Part shown: positions 1 through 8,235 of the stretch, one piece after another
How the letters are laid out: every line of letters starts with the position of its first letter
How positions within the stretch are numbered: position 1 is the first letter of the stretch
DNA from: Vulcanimicrobiota bacterium
GTDB lineage: Bacteria; Vulcanimicrobiota; Vulcanimicrobiia; Vulcanimicrobiales; Vulcanimicrobiaceae
Direction of reading: 5' to 3'
DNA length: 16,058 nt
NCBI GenBank assembly: GCA_003133025.1
Contig: PKZK01000162.1
Location: 1,641-17,698 of the forward strand
The notes under the pieces: generated by a model
Databases searched by the model: none
What the model was told of the DNA's origin: nothing
Seen by the model: only the letters and a program-made list of their open reading frames with translations
Program-made: the position numbers and the translations under genes

Positions 1-632
1 GCGTAGCCGGCCCGTCCGCTCGAGGAGCAGATGTTGGTGTGCGAGTTGTGACCGTCGACGCCCCACGCGGCCAGCACGCGTTCGGTGAAGCCGTCTTCGC
101 CGGGACGCCCGACGTGATACATCACCTCGTTGCGCCGGTCTTCCACGATTGCGGCGCGGATGCGTTCGGCGATGTCGTCGAGCGCTTCGTCCCAAGATAC
201 GCGCGTCCAGCGTCCCGCCCCGCGCGGTCCCGCGCGTTTGAGCGGATGCAGGATGCGGTCGGGATCGGTAATCTGGTTGTGCGTCGCGGGTCCCTTGGCG
301 CAATTGCGTCCGCGAGAGCCCGGATGCTCGGGATTGCCTTCGAACTTGCGCACTTGCAGCGTCGACTTATCGACGTAGGCCAAGAGTCCGCAGGCCGACT
401 CGCAGTTGAAGCACGTCGTCGGCACGAGCATGTAGCGTTTCTCTTCGCGCTTCGGCCAGGCGCGCGAATCGAGCTCGATCCAGTTATCCCACCGTTCCTT
501 GGGCGGAAACGCGGCGAGGTGGATGCGGCTCGCGCCGGGGTAGAACGTCTCGCCCCGTGCTTCGACGTCTTTGCGAGCGGCGCTCACGCGGCCCTCGAGC
601 GCGCGCACGTCGTGGGCTGCTTTGCCGTTCAC
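1..632 (-). CDS. Molybdopterin (DMSO reductase family) oxidoreductase catalytic subunit, N-terminal part; runs off the window edge
   Basis: Not in the ORF track; translated by hand from GTG 632 (GTGA overlap with upstream stop): MNGKAAHDVRALEGRV...PTTCFNCESACG...GNPEHPGSRGRNCAKG...DPDRILHPLKR...WTRVSWDEALDDIA...GHNSHTNICSS. Contains the CxxCxxxC...C FS0 cluster motif and the WDEAL motif. Confidence 0.9.
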   Translation of the reverse strand, partial: MNGKAAHDVRALEGRVSAARKDVEARGETFYPGASRIHLAAFPPKERWDNWIELDSRAWPKREEKRYMLVPTTCFNCESACGLLAYVDKSTLQVRKFEGNPEHPGSRGRNCAKGPATHNQITDPDRILHPLKRAGPRGAGRWTRVSWDEALDDIAERIRAAIVEDRRNEVMYHVGRPGEDGFTERVLAAWGVDGHNSHTNICSSSGRAGY

Positions 633-2146
633 GCCAGCGGCACCGATTGGCCGGCTCGTACGTAGGCGTCTTCGTACGCAGCGAGGCCGGCCAAGGCCAG
701 CGGAATCGCCCATTTGCCCAGCTTCGGCGCAAACGTCGATACGCCGACGAGCGCGGCGCCGAGCCAGAAGGGCACGCGCTGCGGTCCGCGCGTCAGGTTG
801 CGCACGGCGAGCTTGGCGTGCGCCGTGGGGTGCGCGAGCGTCGTCTCACCGGCGACGAGCGCGAGGTGCACCGCAGCCGTCGCCGCGATCGACCAGCGCA
901 ACGCGCGCACGGTCTTTTCGTCGCGATGATCGGCGAACGCCAGCAACGCCGCGGCACCGGCCAGCTTCGCCTGCACGATGAGGTGTGGCGGCAGAAGCGG
1001 ATTCTGCCAGAGATCGCGCGCCTTCGCCTGCGCGAACAGATAGCCCGTATACGCTGCGGTCGCCGCGGCCAACGGCATGCCCGCGATCGTGAGGAAGCGC
1101 TGACATTTCTGCGCGCCCGCGAGGGTGGCGACGAAGTGCGCCGCGAGCACCGCGCTATACGCGCCGATGATGAACGCGCCGCGCACGAGCCAGCTCTTCC
1201 ACTGCGGACGCGTGAAGATCAGATAGAACCGCTCGGGATGCTTGAGGTCGGTGATGAGCAACACGCCGGTCGCGGCGAGCGCCGCGCCCGATACGATGGG
1301 CGCCGTCCAGCGGAACAGCGGACTCGACCACGGCGTGACGCCGGTCAGACACAGGCCGGCCGCAACGAGATACGTGCCCGAGGCGATGCTCTTGGTCCAG
1401 GTGTACGCGCTGACGCGCCAGCCCCACGGCGCTTTGTGCGAGACATCGTACGAGAGCAGCACCGAAGCCGACGAGTTCGGCGTGTAAGGATGTCCCGAGC
1501 CGATCTCGCCTTGGCCCTGCGGCTGCTCGGCCCAGGCGTAGATGCCGCCGCCCGGACGTTTCGCTGCGAGCGGATCCAGCGTCGCCTGATGCGCGCCCTT
1601 ATAGAACACTTTCGGATGGGTCTCTTTTTCGGGGCGGCGCACCGCGACGACGTCGCGATTGACCATCTGCGCGACCTTCGAGGCCGGATCGTTGAGATCG
1701 CCGACGAGGATCGCTTCGACCGGGCAGACCGTCACGCACGCGGGCTCGAGCCCCACGTCGATCCGGTGCGCGCAGAAGTTGCACTTCTCGGCCGAGTGAT
1801 CGTCGGGGTTGATGAAGATCGCATCGTAGGGACACGCGGCGATGCAGGCCTTACAGCCGATGCAGATCGACTTGTCGAAATCGACGATGCCGTCGGGCCG
1901 GGCGTACATCGCAGACGTGGGGCATGAGGTGACGCAAGGCGCGTTCTCGCACTGGTTGCAGCGCGTGACCTGCATGGCCCGGCGAACGTTGGGGAACTCG
2001 CCGATGTCGGCGGACTTGACGTAGGTCCGCGTTACCGACAGCGGGACCTCGTTCTCCGACTTGCAGGCAGTCGTGCACGCATGACATCCGATGCAGCGGC
2101 TCTGGTCGAGGATCTTCGCCCACTGCACCGCACTCGTCGGTTCCAT
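629..2146 (-). CDS. 4Fe-4S dicluster (DmsB/NrfC/PsrB-like) domain fused to an NrfD/PsrC-like membrane anchor, about 505 aa
   Basis: Four Cys clusters (CIGCHACTTAC; CNQCENAPCVTSCP; CIGCKACIAACPY; KCNFC...PACVTVCP), followed by PWGWRV, DLKHPERF, PQWKSWLVRG and several hydrophobic helices. Start moved to ATG 2146 because the ORF extension to 2407 overlaps the divergent MarR gene. Confidence 0.9.
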   Translation of the reverse strand: MEPTSAVQWAKILDQSRCIGCHACTTACKSENEVPLSVTRTYVKSADIGEFPNVRRAMQVTRCNQCENAPCVTSCPTSAMYARPDGIVDFDKSICIGCKACIAACPYDAIFINPDDHSAEKCNFCAHRIDVGLEPACVTVCPVEAILVGDLNDPASKVAQMVNRDVVAVRRPEKETHPKVFYKGAHQATLDPLAAKRPGGGIYAWAEQPQGQGEIGSGHPYTPNSSASVLLSYDVSHKAPWGWRVSAYTWTKSIASGTYLVAAGLCLTGVTPWSSPLFRWTAPIVSGAALAATGVLLITDLKHPERFYLIFTRPQWKSWLVRGAFIIGAYSAVLAAHFVATLAGAQKCQRFLTIAGMPLAAATAAYTGYLFAQAKARDLWQNPLLPPHLIVQAKLAGAAALLAFADHRDEKTVRALRWSIAATAAVHLALVAGETTLAHPTAHAKLAVRNLTRGPQRVPFWLGAALVGVSTFAPKLGKWAIPLALAGLAAYEDAYVRAGQSVPLA

Positions 2147-2184
2147 CGGCGTTTGATTTGGCGACGGACGGCGGCTCCCTCGTC

Positions 2185-2227
2185 CGTTCGTTTTGACGAA
2201 CGCCGCGCGGGAGGCTACTTTTGTGGC
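2185..2227 (+). promoter_or_regulatory. Sigma70-type promoter of the MarR gene with an overlapping palindromic operator
   Basis: TTGACG (2193-2198), 17 nt spacer, TACTTT (2216-2221), then ATG at 2228. Perfect 7-4-7 palindrome CGTTCGT-tttg-ACGAACG (2185-2202) overlaps the -35 element. Confidence 0.7.
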
Positions 2228-2662
2228 ATGAGCGATGACGAAGCGGTCCTCCGCATCCAGTTGGCCTACCCGAAAATCTATCTGGCCTGCCACAAAAAGC
2301 ACCAAAACGCACGCACCTCGGCGCACGGCCTCTCGCCGCGCGACTCGTCGTTGCTGGCGCACTTGGATCCCGTGCGCCCCGTCGAACAGGCGGAACTCGG
2401 GCGCCACCTGGGCTTGGCGAAGTCGACGCTCTCCGAAGCGATGGCCTGGCTCGGGGAGTGCGGCTTCGCGCTACGCGCCCGCGCCGAGAACGGGCGCGGC
2501 CAGGGATTGCTGCTCAGCCCCAAAGGCGTCGAGGCGATCTCGGAATCGTCGGTGCTGGAGCGTGAAGCGCTCGCACGCCTCGTGGCCGCGCTGGGCGACG
2601 CGCGCGACTCGGCCGTTGCGGGCCTCGAACGCATCGCAGCCGCGGCGGCGGATTTGACGTGA
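2228..2662 (+). CDS. MarR-family winged-helix transcriptional regulator, 144 aa
   Basis: LSPRDSSLLAHL...QAELGRHLGLAKSTLSEAMAWLGECGFALR...LLLSPKG helix-turn-helix and wing pattern; start set at ATG 2228. Confidence 0.8.
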   Translation: MSDDEAVLRIQLAYPKIYLACHKKHQNARTSAHGLSPRDSSLLAHLDPVRPVEQAELGRHLGLAKSTLSEAMAWLGECGFALRARAENGRGQGLLLSPKGVEAISESSVLEREALARLVAALGDARDSAVAGLERIAAAAADLT

Positions 2663-3165
2663 TTCGCCGCCTCATCGTCTTCGCGGCGGCGGCCGCCGCG
2701 TGCGTGGCGCTGGCCGCCGCGAGCATCTGCGTGCGGGGCGCGACGCTGCCCGCCGAGCACACGGCCGGCGGCGAAGCCGACGTCGCGGCCCCGCCGGCCC
2801 GCGTCTTCGCCCGCATCGCCGATCCGGCGCGATACCCGGCATGGCGTAAGGACGTCGTGGGCGTGCGCATCGTCGCAGCGGGGCGCTGGGTCGAGCAGAC
2901 GTCTCAAGGCACGCTGCCGTATCGCTTCGGCAAGCGGCTCGAACCGGGCACGCTCGAGACGATCGTCGACTCGACGTCGCTGCCCTTCTCGGGCAGTTGG
3001 ACGTTCGAACTCCGGCCGATCCCCGGCGGCACGCGCGTGCGCATCACCGAGCGCGGCCGGATCGCGAGCCTGCCCCTGCGCGCGCTGGCGCCGGTCTTTT
3101 CCCCGCCCGACCGGACCCTGCGCCGCTATCTCGCCGACCTGCGGGCCTCGTTCGCCTCCGAATAA
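2659..3165 (+). CDS. SRPBCC/polyketide cyclase-like protein with a hydrophobic N-terminal leader or anchor
   Basis: APPARVFARIADPARYPAWR; FSGSWTFELRPIPGGTRVRITERG; GTGA overlap with the MarR stop. Confidence 0.75.
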   Translation: MIRRLIVFAAAAAACVALAAASICVRGATLPAEHTAGGEADVAAPPARVFARIADPARYPAWRKDVVGVRIVAAGRWVEQTSQGTLPYRFGKRLEPGTLETIVDSTSLPFSGSWTFELRPIPGGTRVRITERGRIASLPLRALAPVFSPPDRTLRRYLADLRASFASE

Positions 3166-3191
3166 GGCCTGCGGCCGTTCCGCATGAGGCC
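3166..3191 (+). terminator. GC-rich bulged hairpin after the SRPBCC gene (possible pause or terminator; no U-tract)
   Basis: GGCC-TGCGG-ccgtt-CCGCA-tga-GGCC immediately after the TAA. Confidence 0.3.
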
Positions 3192-3220
3192 CGTCCCACG
3201 TTCGCGAACCTTCATCGGTC

Positions 3221-3592
3221 GTGCAGATTCGCAAGCAGTTCCGGTTCGAGGCGGCCCACGTCTTGCCGCATCACCCCGGCAAGTGCAGTCGCCTGCACGG
3301 GCACTCCTACCGCGTCGACGTCGTCGTCGGCGGCCCGTTGCAGAGCGAGGGGCCGGCCCAGGGCATGATCCTCGATTTCGACGAGATCTCGGCCGTGGTC
3401 AAGCCCTCGGTCATCGAACGGCTCGACCACTCGTCGCTCAACGATCTGCTGCCGAACCCCACCGCCGAACACATCGCCCTGTGGATCTGGCACGAGTTGC
3501 GCGGCAAGCTCGCGGGCCTCGCCGAAGTGGTCGTGTGGGAGACGCAGACCGCGTGCGCGATCGTGCGCGCGAGCGACGCCGAGGCGCGCTGA
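3221..3592 (+). CDS. queD: 6-carboxy-5,6,7,8-tetrahydropterin synthase
   Basis: FEAAH...CSRLHGHSY, DF, LDHSSLND, NPTAEHIA and WET motifs; 123 aa. Confidence 0.93.
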   Translation: MQIRKQFRFEAAHVLPHHPGKCSRLHGHSYRVDVVVGGPLQSEGPAQGMILDFDEISAVVKPSVIERLDHSSLNDLLPNPTAEHIALWIWHELRGKLAGLAEVVVWETQTACAIVRASDAEAR

Positions 3593-3593
3593 A

Positions 3594-4172
3594 TTGCTGG
3601 CGCTCGCGGAGATCTTCTACACCGTGCAAGGTGAGGGCACGTGGACGGGCACGCCGGCGGTGTTCGTGCGCCTGGCAGGCTGCAATCTCAACTGCCGCTT
3701 CTGCGACACCGACTACGCGCTCAAATTCTTCGCGACCGTCGAACAGGTCACGGCGCGCGTGCGCGAGTTGGGCGCGGCCTGTCCGATGGTCGTGCTCACC
3801 GGCGGCGAGCCGCTCGCGCAAGCCGAGAGTTCGGCGCTCGTCGCCGCCCTCCAGGCCGACGGGCGTCGCGTGCACATCGAATCGAACGGCAGCGTCCCGG
3901 TGGAGTTGCCGCCGCAAACGTGGCTTACCGTCTCCCCGAAAGAGCGCTTGCATCCGCTGATGGCCGCACGCGCCGACGAGATCAAGCTGATCGTCGACGG
4001 TCGCGTGCCGCTCGAATGGCTCGATGCATTCCCGCGCCGCGAGGTGACCGTCTTCTTGCAGCCCGAGGGCAACAAGCCCGCTAACGTCGCGTTGGCGCTC
4101 GCCGCCGCCAAAGCCGCGCCCGAACGGCTGCGCCTCTCGCTGCAGACGCACAAATTCATCGGCATCCCCTGA
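3594..4172 (+). CDS. queE: 7-carboxy-7-deazaguanine synthase (radical SAM)
   Basis: EIFYTVQGEG, FVRLAGCNLNCRFCDT (CxxxCxxC), TGGEP, IESNG, VSPK, LQP and C-terminal LSLQTHK. Confidence 0.93.
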   Translation: MLALAEIFYTVQGEGTWTGTPAVFVRLAGCNLNCRFCDTDYALKFFATVEQVTARVRELGAACPMVVLTGGEPLAQAESSALVAALQADGRRVHIESNGSVPVELPPQTWLTVSPKERLHPLMAARADEIKLIVDGRVPLEWLDAFPRREVTVFLQPEGNKPANVALALAAAKAAPERLRLSLQTHKFIGIP

Positions 4173-4191
4173 TGCGCCACGACCTCCGCAC

Positions 4192-4803
4192 GTGATCCTG
4201 ATCGTCTGCGCGTTGTCGGCCGAGCTACGCGGCTTCCCGCCGCGCGAGGGTGTGGATATCCTACCCTGCGGCGTCGGTCCGGTCGAAGCCGCGGTCGCAG
4301 TTGCGCGCGCGCTCGCGGGGCACGCCTATGCGGCGGTAATCAACGCGGGCATCGCCGGTGCGTTTCGCGGCAGCGCCGCGGTCGGCGACGCGCTACTGGT
4401 CACCTCCGAACGTTTGGCCGATCTCGGTTTGGAAGGCGGCGGCGCGTTGAAGCTGCCCGACGGCGCGTCGCTCGTCGGCGAAGTTGCGGCCGATGCGGGG
4501 CTCGTCGCGCGCACCGCGCCGCTGCCCTTTCGCGCGGCGCGCGGCTTGACGGTTTCGCAAGTGACGACGACGGATGCGACGGCCGCACGCCTGCAACGCG
4601 CCTACGCTCCCGACGTGGAGTCGATGGAAGGCTTCGCCGTGTTGCGCGCGGCACAAGCGGCCGGCGTTCCGGCGCTCGAGGTGCGCGGCATCTCCAACTA
4701 CGTCGGCGAGCGCGCCGACGCGCAGTGGGATTTTCGCGCCGGAGCGCAGGCCGCCGTCAACGCACTCGAAGCAGTCGTCGCGCGCTTGAACGCAACCGCC
4801 TGA
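4192..4803 (+). CDS. mqnB: Futalosine hydrolase (PNP/MTAN nucleosidase fold)
   Basis: GVGPVEAA, INAGIAGAF, ESMEGFAV, EVRGISNYVGER..W; directly upstream of mqnD. Confidence 0.85.
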   Translation: MILIVCALSAELRGFPPREGVDILPCGVGPVEAAVAVARALAGHAYAAVINAGIAGAFRGSAAVGDALLVTSERLADLGLEGGGALKLPDGASLVGEVAADAGLVARTAPLPFRAARGLTVSQVTTTDATAARLQRAYAPDVESMEGFAVLRAAQAAGVPALEVRGISNYVGERADAQWDFRAGAQAAVNALEAVVARLNATA

Positions 4804-4828
4804 GGCTCGCGCGGCGTCTGGAACAACG

Positions 4829-5707
4829 ATGACCGACGCCGCGCTCTCGCTCGCCTACTCGCCCTGCCCGAACGACACGTTCATCTTCGCGGCCTGGACC
4901 AACGGCTTGCTGCCCGGCGCGCCGCGCGTCGAGGTGGTGCTCGACGACGTCGAGGCGCTCAACGCCGCCGCCCGCCGCGGCGAACACGCGCTGACCAAAG
5001 TCTCGTACGGCGCAATTCCCTACCTCACCGACCGCTATCGCATCCTTCGCTCGGGCGGGGCACTCGGGCGCGGTTGCGGACCGCTGCTGATCGCGAAGCC
5101 CGGACCCGACGGCCGCGCCCCCGGGCTCGAAAGCATCGCGCCCACCGCGCGCATCGCGATCCCGGGCGAGTTGACCACGGCCTATCTGCTGCTGCGACTG
5201 GCCTTGAAGCATCCGATCGATGCGGTCGTCATGCGCTTCGACACGATCGTCGACGCCGTCGCACGCGGTGAGGTCGACGCCGGCCTGATCATCCACGAGT
5301 CGCGCTTCACCTACCAGACGAGCGGTCTGGCACAGGTGGTCGACCTCGGCGAATGGTGGGAAGGCGCGACGGGCCGCGCAATTCCGCTCGGCGCCATCCT
5401 CGTGCGGCGCGATATCGACGAATCGCTCGCGCTGCGCATCGACGATACGATCCGGCGCAGCCTGGCCTTCGCCTATGCCGACGGCGCGTCGGTGGCGCCG
5501 TACGTTCGCGAGCACGCCTTCGAGATGGACGAGGACGTGATGCGCAAGCACATCGCGCTGTACGTCAACGAGTATTCGCGCGACGTCGGCCCGGAAGGCA
5601 TAGCGGCGATCGAAACGCTCTTTTCGCTGGCCGCGGCCGCCGGACTGATTCCGCCGCAAGCCGCGCCCGATTTCGTTGGCGCGTCAGCCTTGCCGTCGGC
5701 CGGCTGA
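4829..5707 (+). CDS. mqnD: 1,4-dihydroxy-6-naphthoate synthase
   Basis: YSPCPNDTFIF, DVEALN, GALGRGCGPL, IIHESRFTY, DLGEWW, IPLG, HIALYVNEYS. Confidence 0.93.
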   Translation: MTDAALSLAYSPCPNDTFIFAAWTNGLLPGAPRVEVVLDDVEALNAAARRGEHALTKVSYGAIPYLTDRYRILRSGGALGRGCGPLLIAKPGPDGRAPGLESIAPTARIAIPGELTTAYLLLRLALKHPIDAVVMRFDTIVDAVARGEVDAGLIIHESRFTYQTSGLAQVVDLGEWWEGATGRAIPLGAILVRRDIDESLALRIDDTIRRSLAFAYADGASVAPYVREHAFEMDEDVMRKHIALYVNEYSRDVGPEGIAAIETLFSLAAAAGLIPPQAAPDFVGASALPSAG

Positions 5708-5771
5708 GGTGTCGTAGACTATCGACCACGGGAGGCCGAGCCGCAATGCAGAGCACGGACGAGATTCGTCC

Positions 5772-5783
5772 CGTAACGGACGA
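5772..5783 (+). repeat. Left copy of the 12-bp inverted repeat CGTAACGGACGA
   Basis: Exact reverse complement of 8849-8860. Confidence 0.6.
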
Positions 5784-5793
5784 CGCGATCGAG

Positions 5794-6552
5794 CTACTCT
5801 CCGGGCGTGATCCGGGCTACAGAAGCCGCTTGGATCGTCGACTGCGCGTCGATCTTCGGCGGACCGAGCCGAAACGCGCGGAGCAGCACGTAGCCGAAGC
5901 CGCCTACGAGCGCGAAGAAGATCAACATCCCCGCGCCGAGCGTCACGCCGCTCTTGCCGCCGCCGCAGGCGGCTTCGATGCCGCGGGTCAGAGCGATGCG
6001 CAGTTGATCGAACGCGCTCGTCGGGCGCCCCGCGACGCTGCGTGCGCGCGCGACCAAATCGGCGGGCGTCCAGTCGTCGCCGGCGAGCCGGTCGGCCACG
6101 CGGCCTTGCGCGTCGACGACGATCGCCGCTTCGCTGTGGGGAATCTGTCCGTTGGGCTGCGACGGCGAGATCTCGACGCCGAAGCGCTCGACTAGTTCCG
6201 TCACGGCGGCGGGCTGTCCCGTGGCAAAGCGCCAACGCGCCGGGTCGGCGCCGAACATCGCGCCGTAAGCATGCAGCGTCGCCGGGTCGTCGCGCGCCGG
6301 ATCGACCGTCATCTCGACGATCGTGATCGGGTCGTGCCGGACGAGCGCTTGCACCTTGGCGAGTTTAGCGCCGACCATCGGACACGCGTCGCCGTCGCGA
6401 CAACGCGTGTACCCGAAACCGACGACGACCGTGCGGCCGCGCAGCGCGGAGAAATCGAACGGTCGACCGAGTTGATCGACTAACGGCACGGCCGGAACCG
6501 CGTCGCCCGGTGCGAGCACCGGGACGAACGCGGTGACGGCCGCGAACAGCAT
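5794..6552 (-). CDS. SCO1/SenC-family copper chaperone with a C-terminal transmembrane helix, about 252 aa
   Basis: LVDQLGRPF...LRGRTVVVGFGYTRCRDGDACP...TVDPARDDPATL...WRFATG...IPHS; ATG 2 nt after the cbaA stop. The ORF-track extension to 7350 overlaps cbaA out of frame. Confidence 0.85.
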   Translation of the reverse strand: MLFAAVTAFVPVLAPGDAVPAVPLVDQLGRPFDFSALRGRTVVVGFGYTRCRDGDACPMVGAKLAKVQALVRHDPITIVEMTVDPARDDPATLHAYGAMFGADPARWRFATGQPAAVTELVERFGVEISPSQPNGQIPHSEAAIVVDAQGRVADRLAGDDWTPADLVARARSVAGRPTSAFDQLRIALTRGIEAACGGGKSGVTLGAGMLIFFALVGGFGYVLLRAFRLGPPKIDAQSTIQAASVARITPGE

Positions 6553-6554
6553 CG

Positions 6555-8234
6555 CTACCACGTTCGCATGCCCGGCGCGAGATAGTGCGTTTGCGATAAC
6601 TGATCGTGGATCGGGCCGGCGTAGGCTGCGGCGGCGAGCACCACCGCGAGCACCGCCCAGCGTCCGATCCGGTTGAAGGCAGCCGGAGTCGGCATCGCAT
6701 CGGGCTCCGCTTCGGCGAATTCGAAGGTCGGCTCCCGGTCGGGGATTTCGTTGCGCAGGCGCGTGCCGACCGCAACGGTCACGAACATGAGGATGCTGAT
6801 GAAGAGCAGCGTCCCGCCGATCGCAGCGAAGACCATCTCCAGGTGCCACGACTGCGCGCCCGCCGCTCCGAAGTAGGTGACGTCGGACGTGCGCCGCGGC
6901 GAGCCCAGCAAACCCGCGATGTGCATCGACATCGACATCAAGAGCATGCCCACGAACCAAACCCAGGTCTGCGCGACCGCGAGCTTGGGCGCGTAGAGTT
7001 TGCGGCCCGTCAACGTCGGCACCAGCGCATAGGCCGCGCCGATGAAGCTCAGTGCCACCGGTCCGCCGACGGTCACGTGGAAGTGGCCCACGATCCACAT
7101 CGTGTTGTGCACCAACACGTCCATCGAGTAGGAGGAGTTGACCACCCCGCCCGCGCCCCCGAGCACGAAGAGCAGCATGCCCAGCGCCGCCCCGCTGAAC
7201 GCGGGATTGCCCCAGGGCAGCCAGCGCACGGTGGCGACGAACCCGCGTTTGCCCGCGCGCCGCGCCGCCATCTCGAACGAGGCGAACACCGCAAAGGCCG
7301 TCAGGAAGGACGGAATGACCACGCCGTAGGTGGTCAGCGTGTGCAACCACTTCCAGCCGGCGGAAATGCCCGGCTCCAAGAACTGGTGATGCAAGCCGAC
7401 CGGCGTGGAGAGCAAGAGCAAAAGGATGAACGACAAGCGCGTCAAGGCATCGCTGAAGACTTTACCGCCGTATGTCGTCGGCACGACGAGATACCAGATC
7501 AGATAGGCGCCCATGATCCAGAAATAGACCAGCGGGTGGCCGAAATACCAGAAGAGCATGCGCGTCAACTCGACGTCGATGCCCTTGGTCCAGCCGAAGG
7601 CCCACGGAATCAGCAGCAGCATTTCGGCGACCACGCCGAGCGTCGCGATGATCCACATGACGAAGGTCACGCTCGTGATGTACGCCGGAAGCGGAATCTT
7701 CTCGCCCGGATTGTTCTTGAGAAACCAGCCGACGTTACCGATGATGTCGAAGGCCACGAGCCACGTGCCCACGATCAGCAGCGTCGCGCCCAGATAAAAG
7801 CCGGGATCGGCTTTGAGTGGTGCGTAGAACGTGTAGAGCACCGTCGCATTGCCGGAGAGAATCTCGAGCGCGGCCCACACCGTGCCGATCAGCATCACGC
7901 TGTAACCCGTCCAGCCGAGCACGAGCGACCGGCCGGGTCGCGGAATCGATTTGTAGGTGGCGTACGTCATCAGGCCGGTAATGAAGAACGTGGTGAACAC
8001 CAGCGCCATGAGCACACCGTGTGCGGTCAGCGTGCGGTAATAATCGAACCAGGGCGGCATCACCAGGAAGTTCGCGCGCGAGAAGCCCTGCAAGAGCCCG
8101 AAGAGCGCGCCCAGCGTCAGCGCGACCGTCCCGGTGTAGATGTGCCACAGGCAGAGCGCCTTGCCGCCGGGCGAAACGTCTTCGGGGGATCGGGCCGTGA
8201 GCGCGATATCCGGCGGCTTCGTTATGGTAGCCAT
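6555..8234 (-). CDS. cbaA: ba3-type (family B) heme-copper oxidase subunit I
   Basis: YYRTLTAHG, LYTFYAPLKA, FWYFGHPLVYFW (His-Tyr crosslink helix), VGLHHQF, HNTMWIVGHFH, GSPRR; very hydrophobic, 559 aa. Confidence 0.95.
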   Translation of the reverse strand: MATITKPPDIALTARSPEDVSPGGKALCLWHIYTGTVALTLGALFGLLQGFSRANFLVMPPWFDYYRTLTAHGVLMALVFTTFFITGLMTYATYKSIPRPGRSLVLGWTGYSVMLIGTVWAALEILSGNATVLYTFYAPLKADPGFYLGATLLIVGTWLVAFDIIGNVGWFLKNNPGEKIPLPAYITSVTFVMWIIATLGVVAEMLLLIPWAFGWTKGIDVELTRMLFWYFGHPLVYFWIMGAYLIWYLVVPTTYGGKVFSDALTRLSFILLLLLSTPVGLHHQFLEPGISAGWKWLHTLTTYGVVIPSFLTAFAVFASFEMAARRAGKRGFVATVRWLPWGNPAFSGAALGMLLFVLGGAGGVVNSSYSMDVLVHNTMWIVGHFHVTVGGPVALSFIGAAYALVPTLTGRKLYAPKLAVAQTWVWFVGMLLMSMSMHIAGLLGSPRRTSDVTYFGAAGAQSWHLEMVFAAIGGTLLFISILMFVTVAVGTRLRNEIPDREPTFEFAEAEPDAMPTPAAFNRIGRWAVLAVVLAAAAYAGPIHDQLSQTHYLAPGMRTW

Positions 8235-8235
8235 C

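Noticed and set aside
2185..2202. LexA (CGAAC-N4-GTTCG) box
   Set aside because: Half-sites are in the opposite order with a 6-nt spacer; a MarR operator is the simpler explanation.
3166..3220. preQ1 riboswitch upstream of queD
   Set aside because: A hairpin and a GTTCGCGAAC palindrome (3200-3209) are present, but there is no A-rich 3' tail or recognizable preQ1-I loop. An Rfam cmscan would be decisive.
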